From contig JBAXPK010000005.1 in assembly GCA_037132275.1 (NCBI GenBank), positions 3,122-67,121 of the forward strand: a stretch of DNA of 64,000 nucleotides, given 5' to 3'. The notes under the pieces are model-generated. The model saw only the letters and a list, made by a program, of their open reading frames with translations. It searched no databases and was not told the DNA's origin. This document shows positions 1-9,333 of the stretch, in pieces; position 1 is the first letter of the stretch, and every line of letters starts with the position of its first letter. This stretch comes from a bacterium (lineage in GTDB: Bacteria > Verrucomicrobiota > Kiritimatiellia > CAIKKV01 > CAITUY01). Position numbers and translations under genes: made by a program.

Positions 1-883
1 GTTGCCGCTGGCCCGGCCACCCGCGGCCAGGGAAGGAACGCCGGAGAAGGGGCAGGTACTCATGACCTCGCGGCTGTCGCTGACCCGCTCAGGTCGGCGG
101 CTCGACGTCGAAACCACGATCGACAACCCTTGCCGCGACCACCGCGTGCGGGTCTGTTTTCCCACCGGGATCGTGACCGACACCACCTACGCTGGCGGCC
201 AGTTCAACGTGGACGAGCGGCCCACAAAGCAGCCGGACATGTCCACATGGATCGAGACGGTGGACGGCTATCCGAATTTCGGTTTTGCCGGCCTGTCCGA
301 CGGGCGGTGCGGCCTGGCGATTCTCAATCTCGGTCTGCCCGAGTACTTTGTCGCGGGCGAAAAGAGCGATGTCCTGACCCTGACGCTGTTGCGGGCGATG
401 CAGCTCAGGCGCTGGCCGGAGGGAACCGGCGAGGCGCAGTGGGCTGGCGCCCAGCATCTGGGGCGGTTGACGGTGCGGTATGCGCTCTATCCGCATGCGG
501 GCGGCTGGCAACAAGGAAAACTGTGGCAGGCGTACCGCGACTTCTCGCGGCCGCTGGTCTGTTCAGAGATGATCGGCGCCGTGCGGACGGGTAAGGAGAG
601 CATGGTCGCGCTGAACGCCGCGGACCTGGAGGTGGCCTGCCTGAAGAAGGCGGAGAAAAACGACGGGTTGATCGTGCGGATCTGGAATCCGACGGGCGCG
701 GCGCAGGAAGGCAAACTGACGCTGGGCGTGCCGTTCAAGTCCGTGATCACGACGAATCTGAACGAAGACCCGCAGCCCGAGGCCGCAGTCAAACTACGCG
801 CGGTCGGTCGGCGCACCGCGCGCTTTACGGTTGGCGCCAAAAAGATTGTAACGCTGCTGTTCAGGCTGACTCCTGAACACTGA
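1..883 (+). CDS. 3' fragment (C-terminal ~293 aa) of a glycoside hydrolase, most consistent with the GH38 alpha-mannosidase C-terminal domain; 5' end lies outside the window
   Basis: ORF open from the window edge to TGA at 881-883. Segments 'GGQFNVDERPTKQP' and 'DGLIVRIWNPTGAAQEGKLTL' resemble the C-terminal beta-sandwich of GH38 mannosidases. Downstream genes are mannoside/N-glycan related. Confidence 0.45.
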   Translation, partial: LPLARPPAAREGTPEKGQVLMTSRLSLTRSGRRLDVETTIDNPCRDHRVRVCFPTGIVTDTTYAGGQFNVDERPTKQPDMSTWIETVDGYPNFGFAGLSDGRCGLAILNLGLPEYFVAGEKSDVLTLTLLRAMQLRRWPEGTGEAQWAGAQHLGRLTVRYALYPHAGGWQQGKLWQAYRDFSRPLVCSEMIGAVRTGKESMVALNAADLEVACLKKAEKNDGLIVRIWNPTGAAQEGKLTLGVPFKSVITTNLNEDPQPEAAVKLRAVGRRTARFTVGAKKIVTLLFRLTPEH

Positions 884-914
884 ACATTAAACACTGAACA
901 CTGAATACTGAGCA
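873..914. repeat. Six tandem heptanucleotide units CTGAACA/CTGAACA/TTAAACA/CTGAACA/CTGAATA/CTGAGCA overlapping the stop codon of the upstream gene and preceding the SD (AAGGAG at 917-922) of the next
   Basis: Read directly: 'ctgaacactgaacattaaacactgaacactgaatactgagca'. Five units contain TGA and one TAA, so with 7-nt periodicity stops fall in all three forward frames. Confidence 0.8.
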
Positions 915-930
915 CGGATAAGGAGACAAC

Positions 931-2133
931 ATGGCACATAAGTACGACATCATGGCGGCGGGGCATTTGTGTTTCGATGTGATTCCGAGTTTCCCGGACA
1001 CGGGGATTCTGGACATCGGCCACCTGCTGACGCCCGGCAAAATGCTGAACATGGGCGACGTCACCTTGAGCACCGGCGGGCCGGTATCCAATACGGGCAT
1101 CGGCCTTAAGATCCTGGGCAGCAAGGTGGTCTTCACCGCCCGCGTCGGCGACGACGATTTCGGCCGCATGACAATGGAGCGGCTGCGCCACAGCGGCAAT
1201 GCGGACGGCATCCGCGCGATGAAGAACGCCACCAGTTCCTACACGGTGGCGCTCGCGCCGCCCGGCATTGACCGCATCTTTCTGCACAACCCCGGCACGA
1301 ACGATCTGTTCGGCGCGGATGACCTTCAGCCGAAACTTATTGCCCAATGCCGGCACTTTCATTTCGGCTATCCCCCGCTCATGCGCCGCCTGTACTCCAA
1401 CGAAGGCCGTGAACTGGAGCGGATATTCCGGATCGCCAAGGACGCCGGAGTCACGACGTCGTGCGACATGTCCCTGCCCGACCCGGCAGCGCCCACCGGG
1501 AGAGCGCCCTGGAACAAGATCCTGAAGCGGATTTTGCCCTACGTGGACATGTACCTGCCCTCGGTGGAGGAGACCATGTTCATGCTGGAGCGGGAGGCGT
1601 ATCTTAAACTCAAGGCCAAGCATCGGAGCACGGATCTGCTCGACGTGCTGGGCGGCGCGGATTACTCGCGCCTGGCCGGCAAGGTGCTGGAGCTTGGCGC
1701 CAAAATGACCGCGCTCAAAGCGGGCCGCCGCGGGTTCTATTTCCGGACCCGGGAAAAGAGCGCCTTCAAGGGGTTGGGCGCGGCCCGGCCCGGGAACCCG
1801 GACAACTGGTCCTCGCGCGAGTTGTGGTGTCCGGCCTTCCTGTGCAAGAAGATGGGCAGCGCGACCGGCTCGGGCGACTCGGCCATTGCCGGGTTCCTGC
1901 ACGCCTATCTGAAGGGGATGGACCTCGAGCCGTGCCTCAAGGTCGCCAACTGCCTCGGCTGGCAGAATATCCAGGTGCTCGACGCGATCAGCGGCATCAA
2001 GACCTGGCAAGAGACCCAGGCCTTCCTGCGTCGCAACCCGCCGATGGAGGACTTGATCCTGGACAAGACGCCGGGCTGGACCTGGGACAAGACGTTTAAA
2101 CTGTGGCACGGCCCGAACGACGGGAAGCGGTAG
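931..2133 (+). CDS. PfkB-family carbohydrate kinase (ribokinase-like fold, 400 aa)
   Basis: C-terminal PfkB signature 'TGSGDSAIAGFL' (DTxGAGD-type). Length and overall pattern fit the sugar kinase superfamily. SD AAGGAG lies 9 nt upstream of the ATG. Confidence 0.6.
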   Translation: MAHKYDIMAAGHLCFDVIPSFPDTGILDIGHLLTPGKMLNMGDVTLSTGGPVSNTGIGLKILGSKVVFTARVGDDDFGRMTMERLRHSGNADGIRAMKNATSSYTVALAPPGIDRIFLHNPGTNDLFGADDLQPKLIAQCRHFHFGYPPLMRRLYSNEGRELERIFRIAKDAGVTTSCDMSLPDPAAPTGRAPWNKILKRILPYVDMYLPSVEETMFMLEREAYLKLKAKHRSTDLLDVLGGADYSRLAGKVLELGAKMTALKAGRRGFYFRTREKSAFKGLGAARPGNPDNWSSRELWCPAFLCKKMGSATGSGDSAIAGFLHAYLKGMDLEPCLKVANCLGWQNIQVLDAISGIKTWQETQAFLRRNPPMEDLILDKTPGWTWDKTFKLWHGPNDGKR

Positions 2134-2181
2134 AAAATGCCGTAAGGGCAAGAAGCAGTATCGTAAGCTCCTGGGGAGGGC

Positions 2182-3507
2182 ATGATGGTTAAGATGAAAA
2201 AAGCAGTTGCTGAATTCAAGTCGGCGGGAGCGGACACATCGTGGTTTGTCAGGGACCGGTTCGGGATGTTCATCCATTGGGGGCTCTATTCCATGGCCGC
2301 CCGCCATGAATGGGTCCGGCATAATGAGGCGATTCCCAACGAGGTCTATGATCGCAAGTATTTCAAGCGGTTCGAGCCCGATCTGTATGATCCGGACGCC
2401 TGGGCGGAGGCGGCGGCCGGCGCCGGGATGAAGTACTTTGTGATCACCACCAAGCATCACGAGGGGTTCTGCCTGTGGGACTCGAAGTTGACCAACTACA
2501 AGGCCACCAACACGCTGGCGGGGCGCGACCTGCTCAGGCCCATGATCGACGCCTTCCGGAAGCGGGGCATCCGGGTGGGGCTCTATCACTCGCTGATCGA
2601 CTGGCATCACCCCGATTACATTATCGACCCGCACATCGGCCCGTATAAGTCGCTCCCGGCCGAGGAGCGCGCCAAGATGAATGCAGGCAGGGATATGGCC
2701 CGCTATGCGGAATACCTGCGCGGGCAGACGCGTGAACTGCTCACCCAGTTCGGCGACATTGATATCCTCTGGTACGATTTCAGCTACCCGAAAGACGATG
2801 GCACGGGCAAGGGCCGGAACGACTGGCAGAGCGAGAAGTTGGTGAAGATGATCCGGAAGCTGCAGCCCCGCGTCATTCTTGACGACCGCCTCGACCTGCC
2901 GGGATCGGGCGATGTCAAGACGCCGGAGCAGGTTCAGCCCCGCGAGTGGCCTTGCGTGGACGGCAAGCCGGTCGTGTGGGAGGCCTGCCAGACCTTTTCC
3001 GGGTCCTGGGGGTATCACCGCGACGAACAGTCGTGGCGGGATACCGACGAACTGATCCGCACGCTGATCGACTGCGTGAGCAAGGGCGGCAACCTGCTTT
3101 TGAACGTGGGACCGACCGCGCGCGGGGAGTTCGACGAGCGGGCTGTGGCGCGGCTCAAGGGCATCGGCGAGTGGATGCGCCGCCACAGCCGGAGCATATA
3201 CAGCTGCACTCAGGCGCCTGCCGGGTTCCGGTGTCCTGAAGGCTGCAAACTCACCTACAACCCAGAACGGAAGCGGCTCTATGTGCATATTCTGAACTGG
3301 CCGTACAAGCATCTGTTCCTGGACGGCGGGGACTACGCGAACCGCGTGGAATATGCGCAACTGCTCCACGACGGCTCGGAGGTCCAGATGGGGATCGATG
3401 AGTGGCATGGGCGCCAACTCGGCGTCGGCAAGGAAACGACCTGTCTCATGCTGCCGCAGACCAAGCCCAATGTCCAGATTCCTGTCGTGGAACTGTTTTT
3501 GAAGTAA
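2182..3507 (+). CDS. alpha-L-fucosidase, GH29; no signal peptide, so predicted cytoplasmic
   Basis: 'RFGMFIHWGLYS', 'KYFVITTKHHEGFCLWDS' and 'RVGLYHSLIDWHHPDY' are classic GH29 motifs. Confidence 0.8.
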   Translation: MMVKMKKAVAEFKSAGADTSWFVRDRFGMFIHWGLYSMAARHEWVRHNEAIPNEVYDRKYFKRFEPDLYDPDAWAEAAAGAGMKYFVITTKHHEGFCLWDSKLTNYKATNTLAGRDLLRPMIDAFRKRGIRVGLYHSLIDWHHPDYIIDPHIGPYKSLPAEERAKMNAGRDMARYAEYLRGQTRELLTQFGDIDILWYDFSYPKDDGTGKGRNDWQSEKLVKMIRKLQPRVILDDRLDLPGSGDVKTPEQVQPREWPCVDGKPVVWEACQTFSGSWGYHRDEQSWRDTDELIRTLIDCVSKGGNLLLNVGPTARGEFDERAVARLKGIGEWMRRHSRSIYSCTQAPAGFRCPEGCKLTYNPERKRLYVHILNWPYKHLFLDGGDYANRVEYAQLLHDGSEVQMGIDEWHGRQLGVGKETTCLMLPQTKPNVQIPVVELFLK

Positions 3508-3553
3508 GGATGACCCTCAAGCGGGACTTGGAGATGAGCGTTCCGGTAAAACT

Positions 3554-6052
3554 ATGAAAACGATCAATCTGAATGGCACCTGGCAACTTCTTGAAAAACC
3601 CTTGTCCGTCAACGACGCAACCCGGCCTGCCGCCTTGAACTGGGACGGGGCTCTCGAGGCGGTCGTTCCCGGCGAGGTGCATCTGGATCTGCTGCGCCAC
3701 GGCCGCATTGCCGAGCCCCTGTACGACCGCAATGCCCCGGCCTGCGCCTGGGTTGAGGACCGGTTCTGGTGGTTCCGGCGGAGCTTTACGTTCGAGGGCG
3801 ATACCGGGTCGCGTGTCGAGTTGGTCTGCGAGGGACTGGATCTGAACGCCGTGCTGTGGCTGAATGGCGTGGAAATTGGTCGGTCCTCCAACGCGCTGAT
3901 CGTGCACCGCTTTGAGGTAACCCCGGCCCTGCGCAAGGGCGACAACGAACTGGTCGTCCGGCTCGACGCCGGCGTGGCCGAGGCGAAGAGCAAGCCGTTG
4001 GCGAAATACGGCAAGGGAACCCATGAGAGCATCTGGGTGCGCAAGGCGGCGTTCACCTTCGGATGGGACTGGGCGCCGCGGCTGGTCAATTGCGGCATTT
4101 GGCGCCCCGTGCGGCTGGAAATCCTCGAGGCCGTCACCCTGCGCGATGTGTGGGTCCGTACCCGGCTCACCGGCAAGGGCAGGGGGGCGGTCGTCACCGT
4201 CGTGACCGACGTTGAGAACGTTACGGATACGTCTAGGGAGTCCGCGCTGACGCTCTCCATCCCTGGAATCGGCAAGCGGACTCTGGCCTTGAAGGCGCTT
4301 CGGCCGGGACGCACGCGCGTCGAGGCGGTGTTCAAGGTCGCGCGGCCGCGCCTGTGGTGGCCGCGGCCCATGGGCGAGCCGCATCTCTACACACTCGATG
4401 CACGGCTGACGAGCGGACGGATGCTGGGCGCGACCCGGACCGTGCGTTTCGGCATCCGCGAGATCGCGCTCCTGCAGGAACCGCTCGCCGGTGTGCCCAA
4501 GGGGAAGTCGTTCACGTTCGTGGTCAACGGCGAGAAGTGCTTCGTCAATGGCGCCAACTGGGCGCCGCTCGACGGCATCATTGCGCGCGTGACACCGGAG
4601 AAACGCGAGCGGGTGCTTTCCCTGGTGAAGGATGCCAACCTGAATATGTTGCGCGTGTGGGGCGGCGGCATCTATGAAGAGGATGATTTCTACGACTTCT
4701 GCGACGCCAACGGTATTCTGCTGTGGCACGACTTTATGATGGCCTGCTTCATCTATCCCGGCGACGACGCCGGCTTCCGACGCCGGCTTGCCGATGAAAT
4801 CGAGGCGGCGGTGCCGCGGCTGCGCAACCATCCTTCGATTGCGCTGTGGTGCGGCAGCAACGAATCCGATTGGGCTTTCGACAACAACTGGTATCCCGGG
4901 TGCGAGTCGAACACCAGTCTGGTCCTCGAACACGAGTTGATCCCCCGTTTGCTCAAGGGCCTTGACCCCGACCGGCCCTACCGGCCGACGAGCCCGTGGG
5001 GCGGGGCAGATGTGAACGATGAAGATCAGGGCGACCAGCACTGGTGGTCCATCAGCATTGCCTCGGGCGGCAACGATCAAATCGACTACCGAAATTACCG
5101 GCGCGCACACTGCACGTTCAATTCTGAATATGGCTACTTCGGGATGCCGGCGTTGGAATCCATCGCCGACTACCTGCCCGAAAGCCAGCGCGCGGTTGAC
5201 TCCGAGGGTTTTCGTTTCCACACCAACGCCCACGGCTTCATGGAAAAAGGACGGACCGGCAACCTCAAGGTGCTGGCGGCAATCGATTTGTTGGCCGGGG
5301 ACTCGGCGGCCATGTCGCTGGAGCAGCTTGTGGACGCCTCCCAACTCCTGCAGGCCGAGGCGCTCAAGACGGCCATCGAACAGTCCCGGCGGCGCAAGTT
5401 CGATTGCGGCGGTAGCATGTTCTGGATGTTCCCGGACGCCTGGGGCGAGATCGGCTGGTCGGTCGTGGACTACTACCTGCGCAAGAAGGCCGCCTTTGAG
5501 GCGGTGCGCCTGGCCAGCGCACCGGTGCTGGTGTCCATCAAAGAAGAAGAATGCGGCGTCTCGACCTGGGTCGTCAATGACACGCGCCAGCGGATCCGGG
5601 CGACCCTCGAATGCTCCTTGATGTCGTTCGAGGGAAAGGTCCGTTCACGGACCGGGAAGTCGGTCAATATACCGCCGAACGCCTCGGTGCGCTGTGTCAT
5701 GGAGCGGATGAACCTGATGCGCAGCGGCGACTTCTACCATGCGCGGCTGAGCGGTCCGGACGGTGTGATCACGGAGAACGTCTTCTTCTTCATGAACTTC
5801 AAGTCGGTGAAGATGCCGCCCGCGAAGGTGAGTGTCAGGGTGGTCAAGCGCAACAAGGGGAGGGCAGTGCTGCGGCTGTCCACGGATGTCTTTGCCCACT
5901 TTATCCGGGTTGATCCGCCCGCGGGACTCGATACCGACGACCGCGGCTTCGATCTGTTGCCGGGCGGCTCGCGGGACATTGTTCTGCGGGGCGATCTTGC
6001 AGGGCTGGACGCCGTCCGCGTGCGCTGGCGCAACCGGGACGCCGCGGGTTGA
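3554..6052 (+). CDS. GH2 beta-mannosidase-like glycoside hydrolase (832 aa), no signal peptide
   Basis: GH2 sugar-binding/TIM-barrel hallmarks: 'WWFRRSF', 'NGANWAPLD', 'NMLRVWGGGIYE', 'GILLWHDFMMAC' and 'WCGSNE' (catalytic acid/base region). Confidence 0.7.
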   Translation: MKTINLNGTWQLLEKPLSVNDATRPAALNWDGALEAVVPGEVHLDLLRHGRIAEPLYDRNAPACAWVEDRFWWFRRSFTFEGDTGSRVELVCEGLDLNAVLWLNGVEIGRSSNALIVHRFEVTPALRKGDNELVVRLDAGVAEAKSKPLAKYGKGTHESIWVRKAAFTFGWDWAPRLVNCGIWRPVRLEILEAVTLRDVWVRTRLTGKGRGAVVTVVTDVENVTDTSRESALTLSIPGIGKRTLALKALRPGRTRVEAVFKVARPRLWWPRPMGEPHLYTLDARLTSGRMLGATRTVRFGIREIALLQEPLAGVPKGKSFTFVVNGEKCFVNGANWAPLDGIIARVTPEKRERVLSLVKDANLNMLRVWGGGIYEEDDFYDFCDANGILLWHDFMMACFIYPGDDAGFRRRLADEIEAAVPRLRNHPSIALWCGSNESDWAFDNNWYPGCESNTSLVLEHELIPRLLKGLDPDRPYRPTSPWGGADVNDEDQGDQHWWSISIASGGNDQIDYRNYRRAHCTFNSEYGYFGMPALESIADYLPESQRAVDSEGFRFHTNAHGFMEKGRTGNLKVLAAIDLLAGDSAAMSLEQLVDASQLLQAEALKTAIEQSRRRKFDCGGSMFWMFPDAWGEIGWSVVDYYLRKKAAFEAVRLASAPVLVSIKEEECGVSTWVVNDTRQRIRATLECSLMSFEGKVRSRTGKSVNIPPNASVRCVMERMNLMRSGDFYHARLSGPDGVITENVFFFMNFKSVKMPPAKVSVRVVKRNKGRAVLRLSTDVFAHFIRVDPPAGLDTDDRGFDLLPGGSRDIVLRGDLAGLDAVRVRWRNRDAAG

Positions 6053-6101
6053 CGGAGCAAGCGTCCAGACACAAGCCTACCTATTCCTGATGGATGACCA
6101 G

Positions 6102-7052
6102 TCAGCCCCTGATGGCCCCGCACAACAGGGGTTGGCGATGGACCTTGAGGCCGCGCAGAAACCAGTCCGTGGTCATGTCGGCGCTTCCCTTTGGGGGGAC
6201 CAGGTTCTTCGCATAGCAAGGCTTCACGGGTGGCTTGGCGATGACGAGATCGAGCGGGACGGCTGAGTTCTCGTTTACGGCTGCCATCTCGCGATTGTCG
6301 GTATGCAGGTTCGACCACGCATGCTCGCACGGACCGAAATCCGTCCTTGCGACATAAAGCTTCTCGCCGCGATTGAGCATCACCGGGACCAATCCGTCCA
6401 CTTCACCGGCCAGTCCCGCGGGAATCGTGAACTCGCCCACGTGCCGGTCGCCCCGGGCCCGGGCGGCGGCCAGATACGGGCGCGAGCGGTTGACGGGGTG
6501 GTCGAAGGCGGCCGGGTCGATGAAGGTGCAGAGCCGGCTGATGGTGGGGTCGGAGAGCATGGTAAAGTCCTCGAACTTGGCCGGCACCATGTCAATGTAA
6601 CCCTTCTCGGCCCAGAGGCTGGCGAAGGTCCGCGACGGGTCCGCCACCATGACGTAGGTCCAGGCGCGTGACCATGACGTGTTGGGCGGTTCGAATCCCG
6701 CCAACAAACGCTTGGCATCCCGGGTCCCTGCGGGCACATCCTCGCCGCCCGCATACACCTCTGGATCGAATACGAACACGTTGTTGTGGCCATGCCGAAG
6801 AAGGAACGGCGATACCAGTCCCTTGTTGCAGGCGGCATCGTTGATGCCAAGGTAGATGGCCAGAACCGTCTCCGGGACGGACGGCGCCAGGTGGGCCAAC
6901 TCCAGCGCGTCGATGCCTTCGCTCGGCGCCAGGTACTGCGAATGCCTGCCCAGGACACGGAACGCGTCTTCCATAAACCGCTTATACGCCTCTGCCGTTA
7001 GTGCGGACCCCGCTGGTATTTGCAATGTTCGTCCCAAAGTATTGTCTGTCAT
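6102..7052 (-). CDS. hypothetical protein (316 aa) of unknown function, on the opposite strand inside the glycan-catabolic gene set
   Basis: Long clean ORF with coding-like composition and no recognisable family motif. The in-frame ATG at 7052 faces a relatively AT-rich divergent region (7053-7207). Confidence 0.35.
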   Translation of the reverse strand: MTDNTLGRTLQIPAGSALTAEAYKRFMEDAFRVLGRHSQYLAPSEGIDALELAHLAPSVPETVLAIYLGINDAACNKGLVSPFLLRHGHNNVFVFDPEVYAGGEDVPAGTRDAKRLLAGFEPPNTSWSRAWTYVMVADPSRTFASLWAEKGYIDMVPAKFEDFTMLSDPTISRLCTFIDPAAFDHPVNRSRPYLAAARARGDRHVGEFTIPAGLAGEVDGLVPVMLNRGEKLYVARTDFGPCEHAWSNLHTDNREMAAVNENSAVPLDLVIAKPPVKPCYAKNLVPPKGSADMTTDWFLRGLKVHRQPLLCGAIRG

Positions 7053-7207
7053 GGCTATAGACCTCCTTTAGCGCTTACGTCACCAAGAACTTGGGCAATT
7101 TCCCAGACTTCATCCCGCTTGACAATATCAAAAACGTTCGTGTAACGTTTGAAGATGATTTTATCCGAAGTCCGGGATCGTGACGGAGAGAAAGTTGGCG
7201 CGCCAGT

Positions 7208-9226
7208 ATGACCCCCTGTTTGCTCACGTTTGAAACCGTTGTTCATGATCACAGCAATAGCGCCGCTGTTGCGTACGCCGCGGCCGCGTTGCGGCACGAT
7301 CTGCGCCGTAAACTCGGATGGGAACATGGCGGTGGGCGTGCGGATCGAGCGGGGCGGATTGAATTGGGCTTGGATTCCTCAGGCGGCGTCTTCGACTCCC
7401 ATTCCATCGAAGTGCGGTCCGACCGCGTCACTATTACCGGAACCGATGAACTCGGGCTGATCCACGGCCTCTACGCCTTTAGTGAGCGTTGGCTCGATGC
7501 TGATCCCTGCCGCTATTTCACCGAGATCGTTCCCGCGCTTGCGGAGCGGATCGAGATCCCCTGCGGAACCACAGTCTCCAAGCCCTACACCTTCCGCCAT
7601 CGGGGGTTTTTCTTTAACGACGAGGATCTGCTGGTGGGCTTTCATATGGAGAAGCCCGAGCATGGGTTCTCGATGGAGGTGTGGCGCGAACTATTCGAGC
7701 TGGCCCTGCGCATGCAGTGCACCTGCGTGATCCCGGGTACGAACATCCTTCCCGACGAACCCCAGATCAAACTCGCGTCCGACATGGGGCTCTACATCGC
7801 CCAGCACCACGCCGAGCCGCTCGGGTCCGCGCCGTTCTTCTGGCCGCGCGGCACCCCTTTCTCGTGGTCCACCGACCGCGCCGCGATCATCGCCTACTGG
7901 CGCAAGGCCCTCGAGCGCCAGGCGGGAAAGAAGGTTCTGTGGACCCTCAATTTCCGCGGACTGCTCGACCGCCCGTTCTGGGTGGACGATCCGAACCTGA
8001 CGCCGGACGCGCCGGCGGAACAGAAGGCGCGGATTATCAACGAGGTGCTCGCCGCCCAGTATGAGTTGATTCGCGAGGTCCGCAGGGAAGACAAGCCCGA
8101 GGTATTCGGTTATCTCTGGGGTGAACTCTACGACCTCTACAATGCCGGCCTGCTACGCTACCCCGCGACGACAACGATCGTTCACACGGACGACGGCGAC
8201 GCCTGCCTGCGCCGGAACCTGGAGGATCTGGTGCGTAAGTCGCCGTATACGACCGGTGTCTATGAGCACATTTCAATGTTTAACGGCGCCCAGTCCATGC
8301 GCGTGACCAGTTATGCGCCCCGCGTTTTCGCCCGCGAACTGAAGCGCGCCGTCGATCTGGGTATGAACCGCATCTTCATTCTCAACGTCGGCAACCTGCG
8401 CGAGAAAATCTTCAATCTGCGCCAGGTTATGGGCTATGCCAATGATTATGAGGCCATGACCGCGATTGCCGGCGGGGACGGCGGAGGGTATTTCGACTGG
8501 TATACCCGTTGGGTGCTGGGTACGGAACAGCGGGAGGTGGCGGACGCGTACCGGGCGCTGACCGGAATACCTTTTGCCGCTAACGACGAACGGCCCGACA
8601 ACACGGTGGGCGACAATTTCTACCCGATGGTTGTGCGGTTCACCCTCCAGCGCGTCTATAACCGCGAGGACAAGCCGCTGGGCATCTGGGGCTTGAAACG
8701 GTTCGCCACCTTGCGCGAGTCACTGGCGTGGCTCATCACACATCTGGCCGCCGCCGAACCGAAGTGGGAGATCGCCGCGGAGCGTGCCCGCGATGCCGTG
8801 CGGCACCTGCAAGGCAACCGCCGGACGTTCTTCGAGCACGACGCCGTGGCGCAACTCGACAAGATGCTGTCTCTGACGCGCATGACGCTGGCCTTTTGCC
8901 GCTCGGCGACACATTACCTGGACGGCCGCGGCCATGACGCTTATCTCGAAGCCTGGCAGGCGCTACGCCATGTTGAGGACGCACTGGCGGTCGAGAAGCG
9001 TCTCGAAACCGGGAAATTCAAAGGCTGGCACCGCAACGATCTCAACTGCCGTAACTGGAAGTGCAGGGATTTCCTGACCACGTGGCACGCGATGCTTGAT
9101 GACCAGCGCTGGCTGAATCTCGAAGGCATGGCCGAAGGACCTCAGCCCTGCTACGCGGCCTACAAATACAACCCGAACTTTCCGACCGCCTACCGGTCGG
9201 ATCTGTTCCTGCAGACGGAGCGTTGA
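7208..9226 (+). CDS. putative glycoside hydrolase-like protein (672 aa), family unassigned (GH20/GH115/DUF4838-like TIM-barrel suspected)
   Basis: Long ORF with no signal peptide. Composition and motifs such as 'RGFFFNDEDLL' and 'GMNRIFILNVGNLRE' suggest a TIM-barrel GH. The assignment is by resemblance only; the start codon is uncertain. Confidence 0.3.
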   Translation: MTPCLLTFETVVHDHSNSAAVAYAAAALRHDLRRKLGWEHGGGRADRAGRIELGLDSSGGVFDSHSIEVRSDRVTITGTDELGLIHGLYAFSERWLDADPCRYFTEIVPALAERIEIPCGTTVSKPYTFRHRGFFFNDEDLLVGFHMEKPEHGFSMEVWRELFELALRMQCTCVIPGTNILPDEPQIKLASDMGLYIAQHHAEPLGSAPFFWPRGTPFSWSTDRAAIIAYWRKALERQAGKKVLWTLNFRGLLDRPFWVDDPNLTPDAPAEQKARIINEVLAAQYELIREVRREDKPEVFGYLWGELYDLYNAGLLRYPATTTIVHTDDGDACLRRNLEDLVRKSPYTTGVYEHISMFNGAQSMRVTSYAPRVFARELKRAVDLGMNRIFILNVGNLREKIFNLRQVMGYANDYEAMTAIAGGDGGGYFDWYTRWVLGTEQREVADAYRALTGIPFAANDERPDNTVGDNFYPMVVRFTLQRVYNREDKPLGIWGLKRFATLRESLAWLITHLAAAEPKWEIAAERARDAVRHLQGNRRTFFEHDAVAQLDKMLSLTRMTLAFCRSATHYLDGRGHDAYLEAWQALRHVEDALAVEKRLETGKFKGWHRNDLNCRNWKCRDFLTTWHAMLDDQRWLNLEGMAEGPQPCYAAYKYNPNFPTAYRSDLFLQTER

Positions 9227-9333
9227 TCGTCCCTCTGCGAAAGGAGCGCCATGGTCTATGTTTCGACGCGTGAATTGATGCAGCGGGTCCCGTTGGGTCC
9301 GCTGGCGTAATTGAAGACAGGGAGGAACAAACA

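Noticed and set aside
487-3417. 976-aa minus-strand ORF (and similar long antisense ORFs 3446..5344-, 10893..12689-, 13864..14976+, 35317..36306-, 36349..37437-, 41318..42340+, 22095..23042-)
   Set aside because: These lie antisense to genes with unmistakable family motifs (PfkB/GH29, GH2, GH94, DUF2723, sensor kinase, Gfo/isomerase, ABC). They are Arg/Pro/Gly-rich low-complexity translations typical of shadow ORFs in high-GC DNA.
7055-7327. 90-aa minus-strand ORF overlapping the 5' end of the 7208 gene
   Set aside because: Short, no motif, and it overlaps a better-supported gene and the divergent promoter region. Likely spurious.
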